63,827 bases of DNA, filler included, from Octopus bimaculoides (GCF_001194135.2; 6 parts of 6 records of this genome joined end to end with filler, not necessarily neighbours in it); one strand, 5' to 3'; numbered from the whole stretch's first letter, positions 22,901-34,460 are shown. The notes: generated by a model not told the origin, from the letters alone. Numbers and translations are program-made.

Positions 22901-24351
22901 AGCCAAAAGATGAGAATTCTAATAGTGGCAGCGTTGAAGAGGACATGAAAGTGGACAGGAAGCACGTTTTGAAGAACTTCTTGAAACTTCGGTTCAGTAC
23001 GTCTTCGCAAAGTAAGGAGAAACACGATCAAGAGAAATTTCTCGGTCAGAAGGTGCTCAAGAAACACACAGTAATTCCAAAGACGGCGAAAGTTCGTAAA
23101 GTGCCGCCGTCTCCTCCGAAGAAGAATCGACCAATGTCGAATTCATCTTACGGTCTTCTTAAAATGGCGGCTGCTGACCGAGGACTACTGCCAGATCCAC
23201 CGAAATTAAGGAAGCCTGTTAGCATCTTGCCCAAATTGGATCCAGATGTGTGTAAGGTACTGGGAACTCTACCTGACCCCCAGAAAGATTATTCTTGTCT
23301 GCAACAAGAATCTCTTCCCGATGAGAAACCTGCTGCAGCCAGTGTAATGTCGCGTCGTGATGAGATCCTTAAGAACTTGATTCATTTCAAATACGACACA
23401 CCATCCTTTCCCGATGTGTCCGTGGAAGAAGAGAGTCATAAATCCGGTGGTGGTTTGCCGAAGAAATCCGAAGTGCTCGATATGCGAACGGAACCCATCC
23501 AACTGACCAAACTCCTGGAGCGGCCAATTGTTGCTACCGTTCCACCGCTCAACCTTGCTTTGATCCCGACATCCTGTCCTATTGGGATGATTACAACAAT
23601 GTCAACGACAACACCAGCAGTAGCAGCAACACCACTAATAACACCACCACAAATGACAATGACGGCCACAACAGCCACCTTACCAATATCGACGCCATTG
23701 CCATATCCCACAGCTGCTGTTTCTGTTAGACCTCCATCTGTTTCAAGAGTCCCAGTGTTACCTACTATAATGCCAAATGTGAAGAGTGACTACGATTTCA
23801 AAAGAAGCTTAGTCCCAGGTGAATATCCTTCCGGTGGTGCAATGATGCCCTTGGCGCCAGAGCAGGCCCACACATGCTGTGAGGCTATGCAACCAAACTT
23901 CTATGAGAAAGGAACCATGTTGTACACGATGCCGATGGTAGAACCGAAATCCAAGATGGAAGTTCCATCGTATTCGTTGGTGAGCGTCAAGATGGAACAC
24001 GTGTCCCCAGCGCACGACACCTTCTGTGGGGAGCAGCCTGACAACCAATACGGACTGAGAATCAGTGATGTGACTGGGAATATTTCCATGTCTGACCCCC
24101 TCTCCTTGATCCCCCCTGCGGTCCCGGTTACCGAAGAAGATTCAAAGTTGTCCGTTGCTAATGCACTTCTGCAAGAGCAACCGGATGACAAGGCGAAGGA
24201 CTGGGCCATAACAAGACGTCGTCCTCTGAGGTGTACATTAGTCGAAAATGAAGATGGCCTGGGACGTTCTATATTTTCATTTGAATGCTGTGGCCAGTCA
24301 TTTTCGCAACCCATGGATTTAGCTCGTCACCTTGATCATTGCCATAAGTAA
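19934..24351 (+). CDS. Large C2H2 zinc-finger protein, coding exon 2 (4.4 kb)
   Basis: Open frame from the acceptor to TAA 24349-24351. Begins with fingers FQCSACLKKFSYLCNLRVHSRQH and FQCSNCCHCYSRSKTLAKHKC, ends with an atypical finger FECCGQSFSQPMDLARHLDHCH. A GT at 24348 could instead be a donor. Confidence 0.88.
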
Positions 24352-24364
24352 TATATGTATATAC

Positions 24365-24400
<36 letters not shown>

Positions 24401-25445
24401 CNNNNNNNNNNNNNNNNNNNNNNNNNNNNNNNNNNNNNNNNNNNNNNNNNNNNNNNNNNNNNNNNNNNNNNNNNNNNNNNNNNNNNNNNNNNNNNNNNNN
24501 NNNNNNNNNNNNNNNNNNNNNNNNNNNNNNNNNNNNNNNNNNNNNNNNNNNNNNNNNNNNNNNNNNNNNNNNNNNNNNNNNNNNNNNNNNNNNNNNNNNN
24601 NNNNNNNNNNNNNNNNNNNNNNNNNNNNNNNNNNNNNNNNNNNNNNNNNNNNNNNNNNNNNNNNNNNNNNNNNNNNNNNNNNNNNNNNNNNNNNNNNNNN
24701 NNNNNNNNNNNNNNNNNNNNNNNNNNNNNNNNNNNNNNNNNNNNNNNNNNNNNNNNNNNNNNNNNNNNNNNNNNNNNNNNNNNNNNNNNNNNNNNNNNNN
24801 NNNNNNNNNNNNNNNNNNNNNNNNNNNNNNNNNNNNNNNNNNNNNNNNNNNNNNNNNNNNNNNNNNNATCTTATTGGAACATGTTAAAATAATTAATTAA
24901 TTATAAAAGAAACTAAAAAAAGACTAAGATTATAATTAAAAAAAAAAAAAGAGACAAATTCCTTAAAAAAACTTGATGAAAAAGAAACTGTAAAGAAAAC
25001 TTTCATTTTTTTTTTTTTTCCGAAATATGAATTTAAATAGAATTTAAATAGTAAATAAATATGGAAGTTAATTTCATGTTTATTATTATTACAAAAAGAA
25101 ACAAGTCACTATTATTATTATTATTATTATTGTCATCATCATTATTATCATCATCATCATCATCATTATTATTATGATGGCGAGATGGCAGAATCGTTAG
25201 CATTCCAGGCAAAATGTTTAGCGGTATTTTGTCTGCCTCTACGTTCTGAGTTCATATTCCGCCGAGATCTACTTTACCTTTCAGGGTCATTAAATTCACT
25301 TTTCTGTGTTTGCATGAGGCAGATTTGCTATGGTTTTTCTCCATCCTATATATATATACATGTATGTATATAACTTGGCATAAATTAGGCTCATACATGC
25401 ATATATATATGTGTGTGTATATATGCACACACACACACACACACA

Positions 25446-26492
25446 CATGAAGATGGGCTCAAGAATTCATAGGTTGATTGTGAAGGAGTGATGCTAGGGC
25501 TGTGAAATCTTGCATGCATTGATTTCAACCCTTCTTATTAATAGCTGCATTGTTTCCTTCCAGGTAAACTGACATCTGACTGTTCAAAGAAGACTTCAGA
25601 AGTAACTAGTAGCGACTTCTCATGAAAATCGATAAAATTTGGCATTGTGGTGTTATAAGGTACCTGCAGAAAAAAGGGTTTAGCCCACGAAGGCATTTAT
25701 GCAGACATGGTTGGTACATTAGGGGGTCACGCTCAGCTTTATCAACAGTGAAAAAGTGGGCAGCTGGATTTAGGAGGGGAAGGGAGAGTCTTTTAGATGA
25801 CCCAAAGTCTGGACGTCCTGCAACTGTCACCACCGAGGGGAAGCATTGATTGTGTTCATGACATGGTAATGGATTACAGGCGATTGGCTATCAATCAAAT
25901 GGCCAATGCTATTAGCACATTGCATGAGAGAGTTGAGAATATTCTGCACAATGAACCATCTGATGTAGAGGTGATGGCCTCAGTTTTCTTGGGATGCAAA
26001 AGGCATTGTGTTTATTGACTATCTTCAAAAGTGCCACACAATTAATGGCAAGTACTATGTTAACTTGCTGAGGCAGTTACAAAAGGCTATCAAGATCAAA
26101 CTCCCAGGAAAACTGACAAAACGGGTCTTGTTTCACCAGAACAATACTCATTGGTTTCAATGGCTGCTGTGTGTGAATGTGGCTTTCAACTTATTGATCA
26201 GCCTCTCTATTCGGATTTCTTCCCATCTGACTATCATCTGTTCCCGAACATGAAAAAACACTTGGCTAGCAAGCAGTATTACAGTGATGATGATGATGTC
26301 ATATTTGTTGTAGATGACTTTCTTGACCAACCGGATGAAAGCCTTCTCATCATAGGGATCCAAGCACTGCCACACTTTTTGGAAGAAGTGTGTGGACTGC
26401 AAAAGGAACTATACTGAAAAATGAACTTCATTTGGTCACATTCCTTGAGAGTAATATCTTGGTCAGCCTATCAACTTCCCAACCTTCCCATC
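25446..26492 (+). mobile_element. Decayed mariner (DD34D-type) transposon
   Basis: Frameshifted transposase pieces: MKIDKIWHCGVIRYLQKKG..., STVKKWAAGFRRGRESLLDDPKSGRP, VMASVF, IDYLQK..TINGKYY, PLYSDFFPSDYHLFPNMKKHL. Degenerate TIRs near 25446-25477 and 26463-26492. Internal deletion. Confidence 0.9.
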
Positions 26493-26596
26493 TTAACATG
26501 AAGCAGAGTAGTCCTGTATCTCCTTTATACTAAAACTCACCCGTGCTTGTCTCTCTATCATACTTCAGCCTCCTAACACCTGACATACAGCTACCT

Positions 26597-26875
26597 GTTC
26601 TATATTTAAGAGATGAGGAATTATGTACATTATTTACATCTGACGGATATTTGTCCTCATCTTGTTTGTTGTTAACACAATGTTTTGGCTGATATACCCT
26701 CCAGTCTGCATCGGGTGTCTTGGGGAAATTTTAAACCTGGGTTCTCATTCTTAATGTATTTTTCAATGTTATTATTATTATTATTATTATTATTCTTATT
26801 CAGGTCACTACCTGGAATTGAACTCGAATCTTAGGGTTAGTAGCCTGCGCTGTTAACCACTACACCATATGCCCA
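26597..26875 (-). mobile_element. Family H element, left arm of a head-to-head dimer; hammerhead core mutated
   Basis: Reverse complement of 6916-7180. Core reads CCGATGC and AAAAC instead of CTGATGA and GAAAC. Confidence 0.85.
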
Positions 26876-27090
26876 TGGGCATAGTGGTTAAGAGTATGGA
26901 CTGCTAACCCCGATATTCCGAGTTCGATTCCAGACAGTGACCTGAATAATAATAATAATAACATTGAAAAATATCTTAGGAATGAGAACCCAACTTCAAA
27001 ATTTCCCCAAGACACCTGATGAAAGCTGGAGGGTATATCAGCCGAAACATTGTGTTAACAACAAACAAGATGAGGACAAATGTAAATAAT
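26876..27090 (+). mobile_element. Family H element, right arm of a head-to-head dimer
   Basis: Head AGTGGTTAAGAGTATGGACTGCTAACCCC, B box GAGTTCGATTCC, (AAT)n, hammerhead motif 27011-27056. Confidence 0.85.
27011..27056 (+). ncRNA. Hammerhead ribozyme motif, family H copy (stem III ACGT changed to ACAT)
   Basis: GACAC CTGATGA A AGCTG GAGGGTATAT CAGCC GAAA CATT GTGTT. Confidence 0.55.
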
Positions 27091-27885
27091 ATACAGTTAC
27101 CTCTCATTCACAAATACCTCCACCTCCCCCCCCCCCCCCCGCATATAGTCTGGGTTCTTTTCTTTCTCCTGTTAGTTACTTGGTGACCTTACTTGTGCTG
27201 ATGTTCTACATAACCAAAACCAAAAAAAAAATCCCAAAATGCACCTTCTACACTCTGTAAAGTGGTTGGCATAAAGAAGTCTATCCAGCTGTGGAGACTG
27301 CAATAAGCATTGGAGTCAGACTAATAAGGACCACCTCTTGCCAGAGGTAAAAATGGGTTTGCATAGGGTCAACATCCTTAACTAGAATAAAAATAAAAAA
27401 AAAGCAAAGTTGCTTGTCGTGTCTTTGAATATTTTTCTCTTATCCAGTTTCCTCTTCCAAGGCTTACAGTGAGTGATTGTAGCTGTTATTTCTAGCAAAT
27501 TGGACGACACGTTTCCTCTTTACAACTTATTCCACCCTTACCCCCCATATACCATGTATCCTTAAACTAATCAATCCTTGAGATATCAACATGTTCGTGT
27601 GGAAATCGGCTATTATTAACACCACTTCATTTATTAAAAAAAAAAAAAAGTGATTCATAAGGGGAGGTAACTCTCCAAGTGATAATACTTTCTAAGGGAG
27701 ATAACCGCAATCATTTTATGTTAACGATAACGATTTGACTTGTGCCATTGTGGATCTGTAAGGCGCATGCACACACTGCAATCAGCTACCTTTGTAAGAA
27801 TACTTGAGAAAAGGCATGAACGTCACAACACCAATATATATATATTTGCATTGGGAACCACTTCCGATCGCCAACCGGTGATTGT

Positions 27886-27930
27886 CACACGCTGATGACG
27901 GGTCAATACCCAGAAACCCGGGTCCGTGTG
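27886..27930 (+). ncRNA. Minimal type I hammerhead ribozyme motif, family P copy 1
   Basis: Stem I CACACG/CGTGTG (6 bp), core CTGATGA, stem II GGGT-CAAT-ACCC, GAAA, palindrome ACCCGGGT, GUC cleavage site 3' of 27924. Confidence 0.8.
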
Positions 27931-28074
27931 TATCACGTCAGGCTTGAGATGGGAACGATGACTTCCCTTTGTAAATACTGACAGGGCATGTCTTCCTGGG
28001 GCTACAAGCTACTGTAGCATCAACCCTTAAGGGTTAGCCACATTTAAGGGGCAAATATACTTGACGAATAATGA

Positions 28075-28260
28075 TAATTCTTTTTATTATAGGCATAAGG
28101 CCAGAAACTATGTGGGAGTTCATCACATCGACTCTAGTGCTTAGTAATCCGCCCCAAAAGGAGGAAAGGATAAGTCAATCTCGGCTGGATTTGAGATCAG
28201 AACGGTAAGAGCCGAAAGAAATACTGCCACGCATTTTGGTCGGTGTGATAGCAATTTTGT
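28075..28260 (-). mobile_element. SINE family B, diverged
   Basis: Reverse complement of the GCCTTTCATCC...GATAAA...AGTAC-type central domain, diverged. Confidence 0.55.
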
Positions 28261-28444
28261 CATAATTGATAACAGAAGCAGCAACAAAGTTTAAATCCAG
28301 ACAGAAAAAGCAAGTAGCTTCCCTTCGTTTCTCAAGGGAAGCAACTCTTCGCTGAAGTTATTTTAAAGTGTTTTTCCCGTTGAATTAGCTATATTAAATA
28401 ATCGTACCATATAATTGCCAACTAAAAGTAGCATCTCAAATGCA

Positions 28445-28927
28445 ATAGTGCCACTAGCGTTTATAGCCCCAGGAAGACATCTCTTCCAGCTGGCTAACGA
28501 CACATTCTGTATCTGATTAGTATCTGCGAGGTGTACGCCACACTTAGTCGGCAATTATGTGTTACAATTCCGTATTGCTACTGTTTACATCTCACTCAGA
28601 GATTTAATATAGCTTATTTCTCCTTTTTCGAGATCAGCGACGGTTCGTCGTTGGAAAAAGCATATAGTATTTTGCGAGTGGGCTGAGTTTTCATCACAAG
28701 CTGGTAATTAACACACGCTGAGGACGGGTAACCATCTAGAAACTCGAGTCCGTGGGTATCACGTAAGTCTAGGGATGAGAGCAATGACCCCGCCTCGCAA
28801 ATACTAATCGGACACAGAATATGTGTCGTTAGCCAGTTGGAGGAGATGTCCTCCTGGGGCTATAAGAGTCAGTAGCACAATCCCGCTAGGGACGCCACAC
28901 TTCGTTGGTAATTGTATGTTACGATAT
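28445..28927 (+). mobile_element. Non-autonomous PLE-like element (family P): inverted terminal fragment plus about 1.1 tandem monomer
   Basis: 28445-28531 is the reverse complement of about 28793-28880. 28535-28570 is repeated directly at 28892-28927 (357-bp period). Hammerhead at 28712-28756. Confidence 0.65.
28712..28756 (+). ncRNA. Minimal type I hammerhead ribozyme motif, family P copy 2
   Basis: CACACG CTGAGGA C GGGT AACC ATCT A GAAA CTCGAG TC CGTGGG. Palindrome ACTCGAGT, GUC site 3' of 28750. Confidence 0.75.
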
Positions 28928-29064
28928 TTAAATTGGTTTTTCATTTAATTTCTATTGATTTATGTAGAAAGGCGATCTTTCGTTCTTTGTACATAAAATT
29001 TGTCGGAGAAAGTGAAAGTAACTGCGCTGATTGGCAGTGAAAGATAAACATCATATAGCAAAAT

Positions 29065-29412
29065 GGCGCAGGCGTGGCTGTGTGGTAAGAAGCTTGCTTC
29101 TCAACCACATGGTCCCGGGTTCAGTCCCACTGCGTGATACCTTGGTCAAGTGTCTTCTACTATAACGTCGGGCCAACCAAAGCCTTGAGACTGGATCTGG
29201 TAGACGGAGACTGAAAGAATCCCGTCATGTATATGTTTGTGTGTCTGTGTTTGTCCCCCAATCATCACTTGACAACCGATGTTGGTGTGTTCCCGTCCCC
29301 GTAATCTAGCGGTTCGGCAAAAGGAACCAATAGAATAAGTACTAGGCTTACAAAGAATAAACCTCGGGCTCGATTTGTTCGACTAAANNNNNNNNNNTGC
29401 CCCAGCATGGCC
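29065..29412 (+). mobile_element. SINE family A, full length (small N gap)
   Basis: GGCGCAGGCGTGGCTGTGTGGTAAGAAGCTTGCTTCTCAACCACATGGTCCCGGGTTCAGTCCCACTGCG. Confidence 0.9.
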
Positions 29413-29500
29413 ACATCATTAACATCCTCATCATCGTTATCGTATTATCCGCCTCGCATGACTTCATCAGCAACAAACAAACACTTCAACCCCAACCACT

Positions 29501-29727
29501 ATAATAATAATAATAATCCTTTCTACTTAAGGCAGAGAGCCTGCAATTTGGTGGAGGGGACTAGTTGATTATATCGATCCCAGTGTTTCACTGGTACTTA
29601 ATTTATCGACCCTGAAAGGACGAAGGGCAAAGTCGACCTCGACAGAATTTGAATTCAGAACGTCAAGGCGGACGAAATGCCGCTAAGCACTTCGTCCAGC
29701 GTGCTAACGATTCTGTCAGCTCACCGC
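29501..29727 (-). mobile_element. SINE family B with (ATT)n tail
   Basis: Reverse complement of head GCGGTGAGCTGACAGAATCGTTAGCAC, B box GAATTCAAATTC and domain GACTTTGCCCTTCGTCCTTTCAGGGTCGATAAATTAAGTACCAG. Confidence 0.8.
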
Positions 29728-29731
29728 TTTG

Positions 29732-29762
<31 letters not shown>

Positions 29763-30348
29763 TGGTGGCGATGGCAGTGGTAGTGATGCTAACTATCATC
29801 AGAAACACTTTATCATCATTATCACCCGCCTCCTCCTCCCCCCTCATCATCATCATCATCATCATCATCATTAACAACATCAATCCATGACTTCAACAGA
29901 CAACAACCACCGCCACCATCATCATCAACGCTAGCCTACGACTGCAATAGCCACTACCACCACCACCACCACCACCTGTACCTCCACACCTAAAACTCCA
30001 CAAGGCGCCGTAATGTGTTATTACGACAATCTATTTAAATTGGTAGACGATGTTGACCTTTATCGATTTAGTGACCTCTCGCCAATGGAAAGGTCAAACA
30101 TTTTGACCCCCAGTTATCACCGATAATAATTTTATCAGCCTCAGAGTGAAAACTGTTTCTTTTTATTTTGGTATATTAGCGATGGAGAAGAGATGAAGCT
30201 TTGTCTCATTCTCGCCAGCCTAGAATTTGTGGTGTGTGCTCCAAATGCTAGGCTTCACTACTACCTCAGATCTAACCTGGTGATGGCATATACTAAAAAT
30301 AAATAGAACTGTACTGACAGATAGACAGAAACTGAAAGAAGCCCGTCG

Positions 30349-30390
<42 letters not shown>

Positions 30391-30811
30391 NNNNNNNNNN
30401 NNNNNNNNNNNNNNNNNNNNNNNNNNNNNNNNNNNNNNNNNNNNNNNNNNNNNNNNNNNNNNNNNNNNNNNNNNNNNNNNNNNNNNNNNNNNNNNNNNNN
30501 NNNNNNNNNNNNNNNNNNNNNNNNNNNNNNNNNNNNNNNNNNNNNNNNNNNNNNNNNNNNNNNNNNNNNNTACTGGGAGGGTACCCAATTATTGCTACAG
30601 TAGTGCTATACTAGGTGCAATCAATGGGAGCGGGTAAAAGTGGAGGTTTTACCCAAAATTTGTGTAACAATTAGAAAATGGAGGATAATATGCTGAACCC
30701 AACTACTTGCAGACGGTGTATCCCGTTGAATTCATTAATTTAATTCATAGCAAAAGTGACAAAAAAAGGAAGAAAAGAAAAAGAAAGAACCAAAGCACAG
30801 GTGTCTATGGC

Positions 30812-30849
<38 letters not shown>

Positions 30850-30856
<7 letters not shown>

Positions 30857-31720
30857 ATGTTTGTGTGTCTGTGTTTGTCCCCCAACATCGCTTGACAACC
30901 GATGCTGGTGTGTTTACGTCCCCGTAACGTAGCGGTTCGGCAAAAAAGAGACCGATAGAATAAGTACTAGGCTTACAAAGAATAAGTCCTGGGGTCGATT
31001 TCTTCGACTAAAGGCGGTGCTCCAGCATGGCCACAGTTAAACAACTGAAAGAAGTAAAAGAGTAAAAGAGATATATTTATTTATTTATTTACAAATATAG
31101 AATCCACACGCAGCAACCTAGAAAAGCACTCGCAAACTTGGCTATAAGTAATTTCTTGTGTGTGTGTGTGTGTGTATCTACATATAAGTTTATGCTTGTG
31201 TGTGTGTGTGTGTGTGTGTGTGTATCTACATGTATGTTTATGTTTGTGAGTATATTTATATATACGCGCGTGTGTTTATNNNNNNNNNNNNNNNNNNNNN
31301 NNNNNNNNNNNNNNNNNNNNNNNTTAATTAATTAANNNNNNNNNNNNNNNNNNNNNNNNNNNNNNNNNNNNNNNNNNNNATATATATATATATATATAAT
31401 AGGCGCAGCAGTGGTTGTAGTGAGTAGCTTGCTTACCAACCACATGGTTCCGGGTTCAGTCCCACTGCGTGGCACCTTGGGCAAGTGTCTTCTACTATAG
31501 CCTCGGGCCGACCAAAGCCTTGTGAGCGACGGAAATTGAAAGAAGCCCGTCGTATATGTGTGTGTTTTTGTGTTTGGCCCCACACCATCGCTTGACAACC
31601 GATGCTGGTGTGTTTACGTCCCCGTCATTGGCGGTTCGGCCTAAGTCCTGCAGTCGATTTGTTCGACTAGACGTGATACTCCAGTATGGCCGCAGTCAAA
31701 CGACTGAAACAAGTAAAAGA
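30850..31720 (+). mobile_element. Two SINE family A copies (3' half 30850-31070; near full length 31402-31720)
   Basis: Family A body and tail motifs. Confidence 0.85.
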
Positions 31721-31930
31721 ATAAAGGAAAGAATATATATATANNNNNNNNNNNNNNNNNNNNNNNNNNNNNNNNNNNNNNNNNNNNNNNNNNNNNNNNN
31801 NNNNNNNNNNNNNNNNNNNNNNNNNNNNNNNNNNNNNNNNNNNNNNNNNNNNNNNNNNNNNNNNNNNNNNNNNNNNNNNNNNNNNNNNNNNNNNNNNNNN
31901 NNNNNNNNNNNNNNNNNNNNNNNNNNNNNN

Positions 31931-32338
31931 CTCTCTCTCTTCCTCTCTCTCTCTTTCTCTCTCTCTCTTTCTTTCTCTCTCTCTCTCTCTGTCTCTCTCC
32001 CCCTTCGTCAATTTCACTCTGTTGCCTTCTTCCATCTCTCCCCTTCTCCGCTCAGTCTTTCTCTCTTCTCTCTCTCTCCCTCTCTTATTTATCGTATTGT
32101 CTCTCTCGCAGACACTGTCTTCCACTTCCTCCACACTCTCTGTCCTTCTCTCACACTTCCCTTTCTTTCTTTCTTTCTTTCTTCCTTTCTATCCTTCTTT
32201 CTCCCCTTCTTTCTGTCTTTCTTTCTTCTTCTCCTTTCTTCCTCTCCTTCTTTCTTTCTTTCTTTCTTTCTTTCTTTCCTTCCTTCCTTCTTCCTCTCCT
32301 TTCTTTCACTCCTTTCTTTCTTTCTTTCTTTCTCCCCT

Positions 32339-32374
<36 letters not shown>

Positions 32375-33368
32375 TTCCCCCTCCCTCTCTCTCTTCACCT
32401 TTCCTCTATCTCTCCCTCTTGCACCTTTTGTCTAACTCTTCGTCGTCTGCTTCTTTCCCTCCCTTTCCCCCCTCAGTTTTCTGTGTTCCTCCCCCCTCTC
32501 TCTCCTCTCACTACCACTTTATTCTTCCTAACCCTTCTATGTCTTATTTCCCTCCTTCTTGCTCATTCTCTTCCTCTGTCTCTCCTCCATTGTTTTCTCC
32601 TACTTTCTCTCACACATTCTCTTTCCCCTCTCCCTCTCTCCCCTCCGTCCTCTGTATATAGCTTTCTCACTTTCTCCCAATTTCTCTCTCACCTATTTAC
32701 CTCTCTCTGTCTCTCTCTCTCTCTCTCACTCTCCCTTCCTTTCCGGTTTCACTCTCTCTCTCTCTTTGTCACGCCCTCTCTCACACATACCTTTACCTTC
32801 CTCGTCCATATCTTTCCTTCTCTCAGTCATTCTCTACTTTCTAACGCTTTCTCTCACTCTCTTTCTCTCTCTTACCACCTCCCTTTCTCTTTCACTCTTT
32901 CGCCGACTTTCTCTCTCTCTCTCTCTCTCTCATTTCCTTCCCTTTCTGTCCGTCTTTCTCATTTTCACTTTCACTCACAATTTTTCTCTTACTATACTTT
33001 GTTTTACCCTTACCTTTCAAAAATTTTCTCTCACTCCCTCCCTCCTTCCCCCTCCATCCCTCATTCACTCACTCACTCATTCACTCATTCCCTCCCTCAC
33101 TCATTCACTCCTTCCCCCCTTCACTCACTCACTCATTCACTCACTCACTCATTCACTCTCCCTCCCTCTCTTCTTCCCTCCCTCCCTCACTTACTCATTC
33201 ACTCACTCACTCACTCATTCACTCTCCCTCCCTCCCTCCCTCACTTACTCATTCACTCACTCACTTACTCATTCACTCCCTCCTTCCCTCACTCACTCCC
33301 TCACTCAGTGTCTGCCGCTCTTTCTCAACCAAGCCCTCACGCTTCACTATGAATCTTACAATCACACT

Positions 33369-33419
<51 letters not shown>

Positions 33420-33560
33420 CTTTCTCTCACTCGCGCTATATGTCTATCTGTCAATCTGCCATCTACCCCTCCCTCCCTACATACCTCTCTCTCCTCCTCT
33501 CTTTTTATCTATTTACCGCTCTCTCTCTCTCTCTCTTTCGCTCTCACTCTCTCCCTATAT
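31931..33560. repeat. About 1.6 kb pyrimidine-rich low-complexity tract: (CT)n, (CTTT)n, (CACT/CATT)n
   Basis: Direct inspection. Source of the spurious 598-aa and 384-aa ORFs. Confidence 0.95.
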
Positions 33561-34289
33561 TCCTATATGTTCGTGTGTGTTTGTGTGTGTTTGTGTGTGT
33601 GTGTGTCTATGTGTGTGTATGGCGTGTGTATGTTGGTGTGTGTGCGTGTGTCTATGTGTGTGTGTGTGTGTGTGTGTAGATATAACTATGAAAAATTCTT
33701 TCCCGGCTGTTAAAGTAAAGCTTCTAATTTCACGACCACTTGTAAATATGTCTCTCTGGTGTAGTTGAGTGACAGCCGCCCAACCTACACTAAGAAGCAT
33801 AACTCAGTTTCTGAGTGTAACGTGTTCACCTTTTTCTGTATAAGGGGTCTTTTTTAATCCACTTATTATAAGCTGTTATGTCTACGTTTGCATGGGAGCA
33901 AATTTGAGTGTATGTAACTATACAGGTTGATCTGATCAATGAAATTTGTCTTTTCTCAGTATGGACAGGTGTTTCTTAGTATAACACACGACGATGTGGA
34001 GGGTAATACAGCTTAGAAGAGGTCTCGGTATTCGTCACTTCCGCCAGACCATTGTAAGACAGCTTTCTTTTCGCTCATGTCTATGTGAAATTATTTTATA
34101 TCGTAACAACAGTTTATTCCCACTGTTTTCTACTTCAAGGCCATTTGATTACATGTACATGTTTTAATGGGGTTTGCCAAAGGAGGAAAGGTAGCGCAGT
34201 TGAATGTTGGATTGTCTTCTTTTTCAGTATGTCCGTGTCCTAATGGACTTGGTGTTGCACTCGCGTTTGCAAGACTGATTTAGATTTTC

Positions 34290-34460
34290 AGATTGGACGA
34301 TGCGTTATGTCCTTGAGCAAAACCCTTCATTTCACGTTTCTCTATTCTACTCAAATTTAAATGAGTTACACTGCGAGCGACTAGCGTCCAGTTCTCGGTC
34401 ACTTATACACCACGGAAGCCGAGTAACTGGTCTTATGAGTCCCGGGACTCGAAACAATAA
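34290..34460 (+). mobile_element. CORE-like SINE fragment
   Basis: GATGCGTTATGTCCTTGAGCAAAACCCTTCATTTCACG matches 55086-55125. Confidence 0.6.

Noticed and set aside
31324-31335. TTAATTAATTAA islands inside N runs (also 48810-48821, 52264-52275, 57717-57728, 61693-61704)
   Set aside because: An identical palindromic 12-mer with stops in all six frames, centred in about 100-bp N spacers. It is an assembly gap marker, not biology.
31556-33713. 598-aa and 384-aa ORFs rich in L/S/F
   Set aside because: Translations of a CT-rich simple repeat that lacks stop codons, and one spans an N gap.
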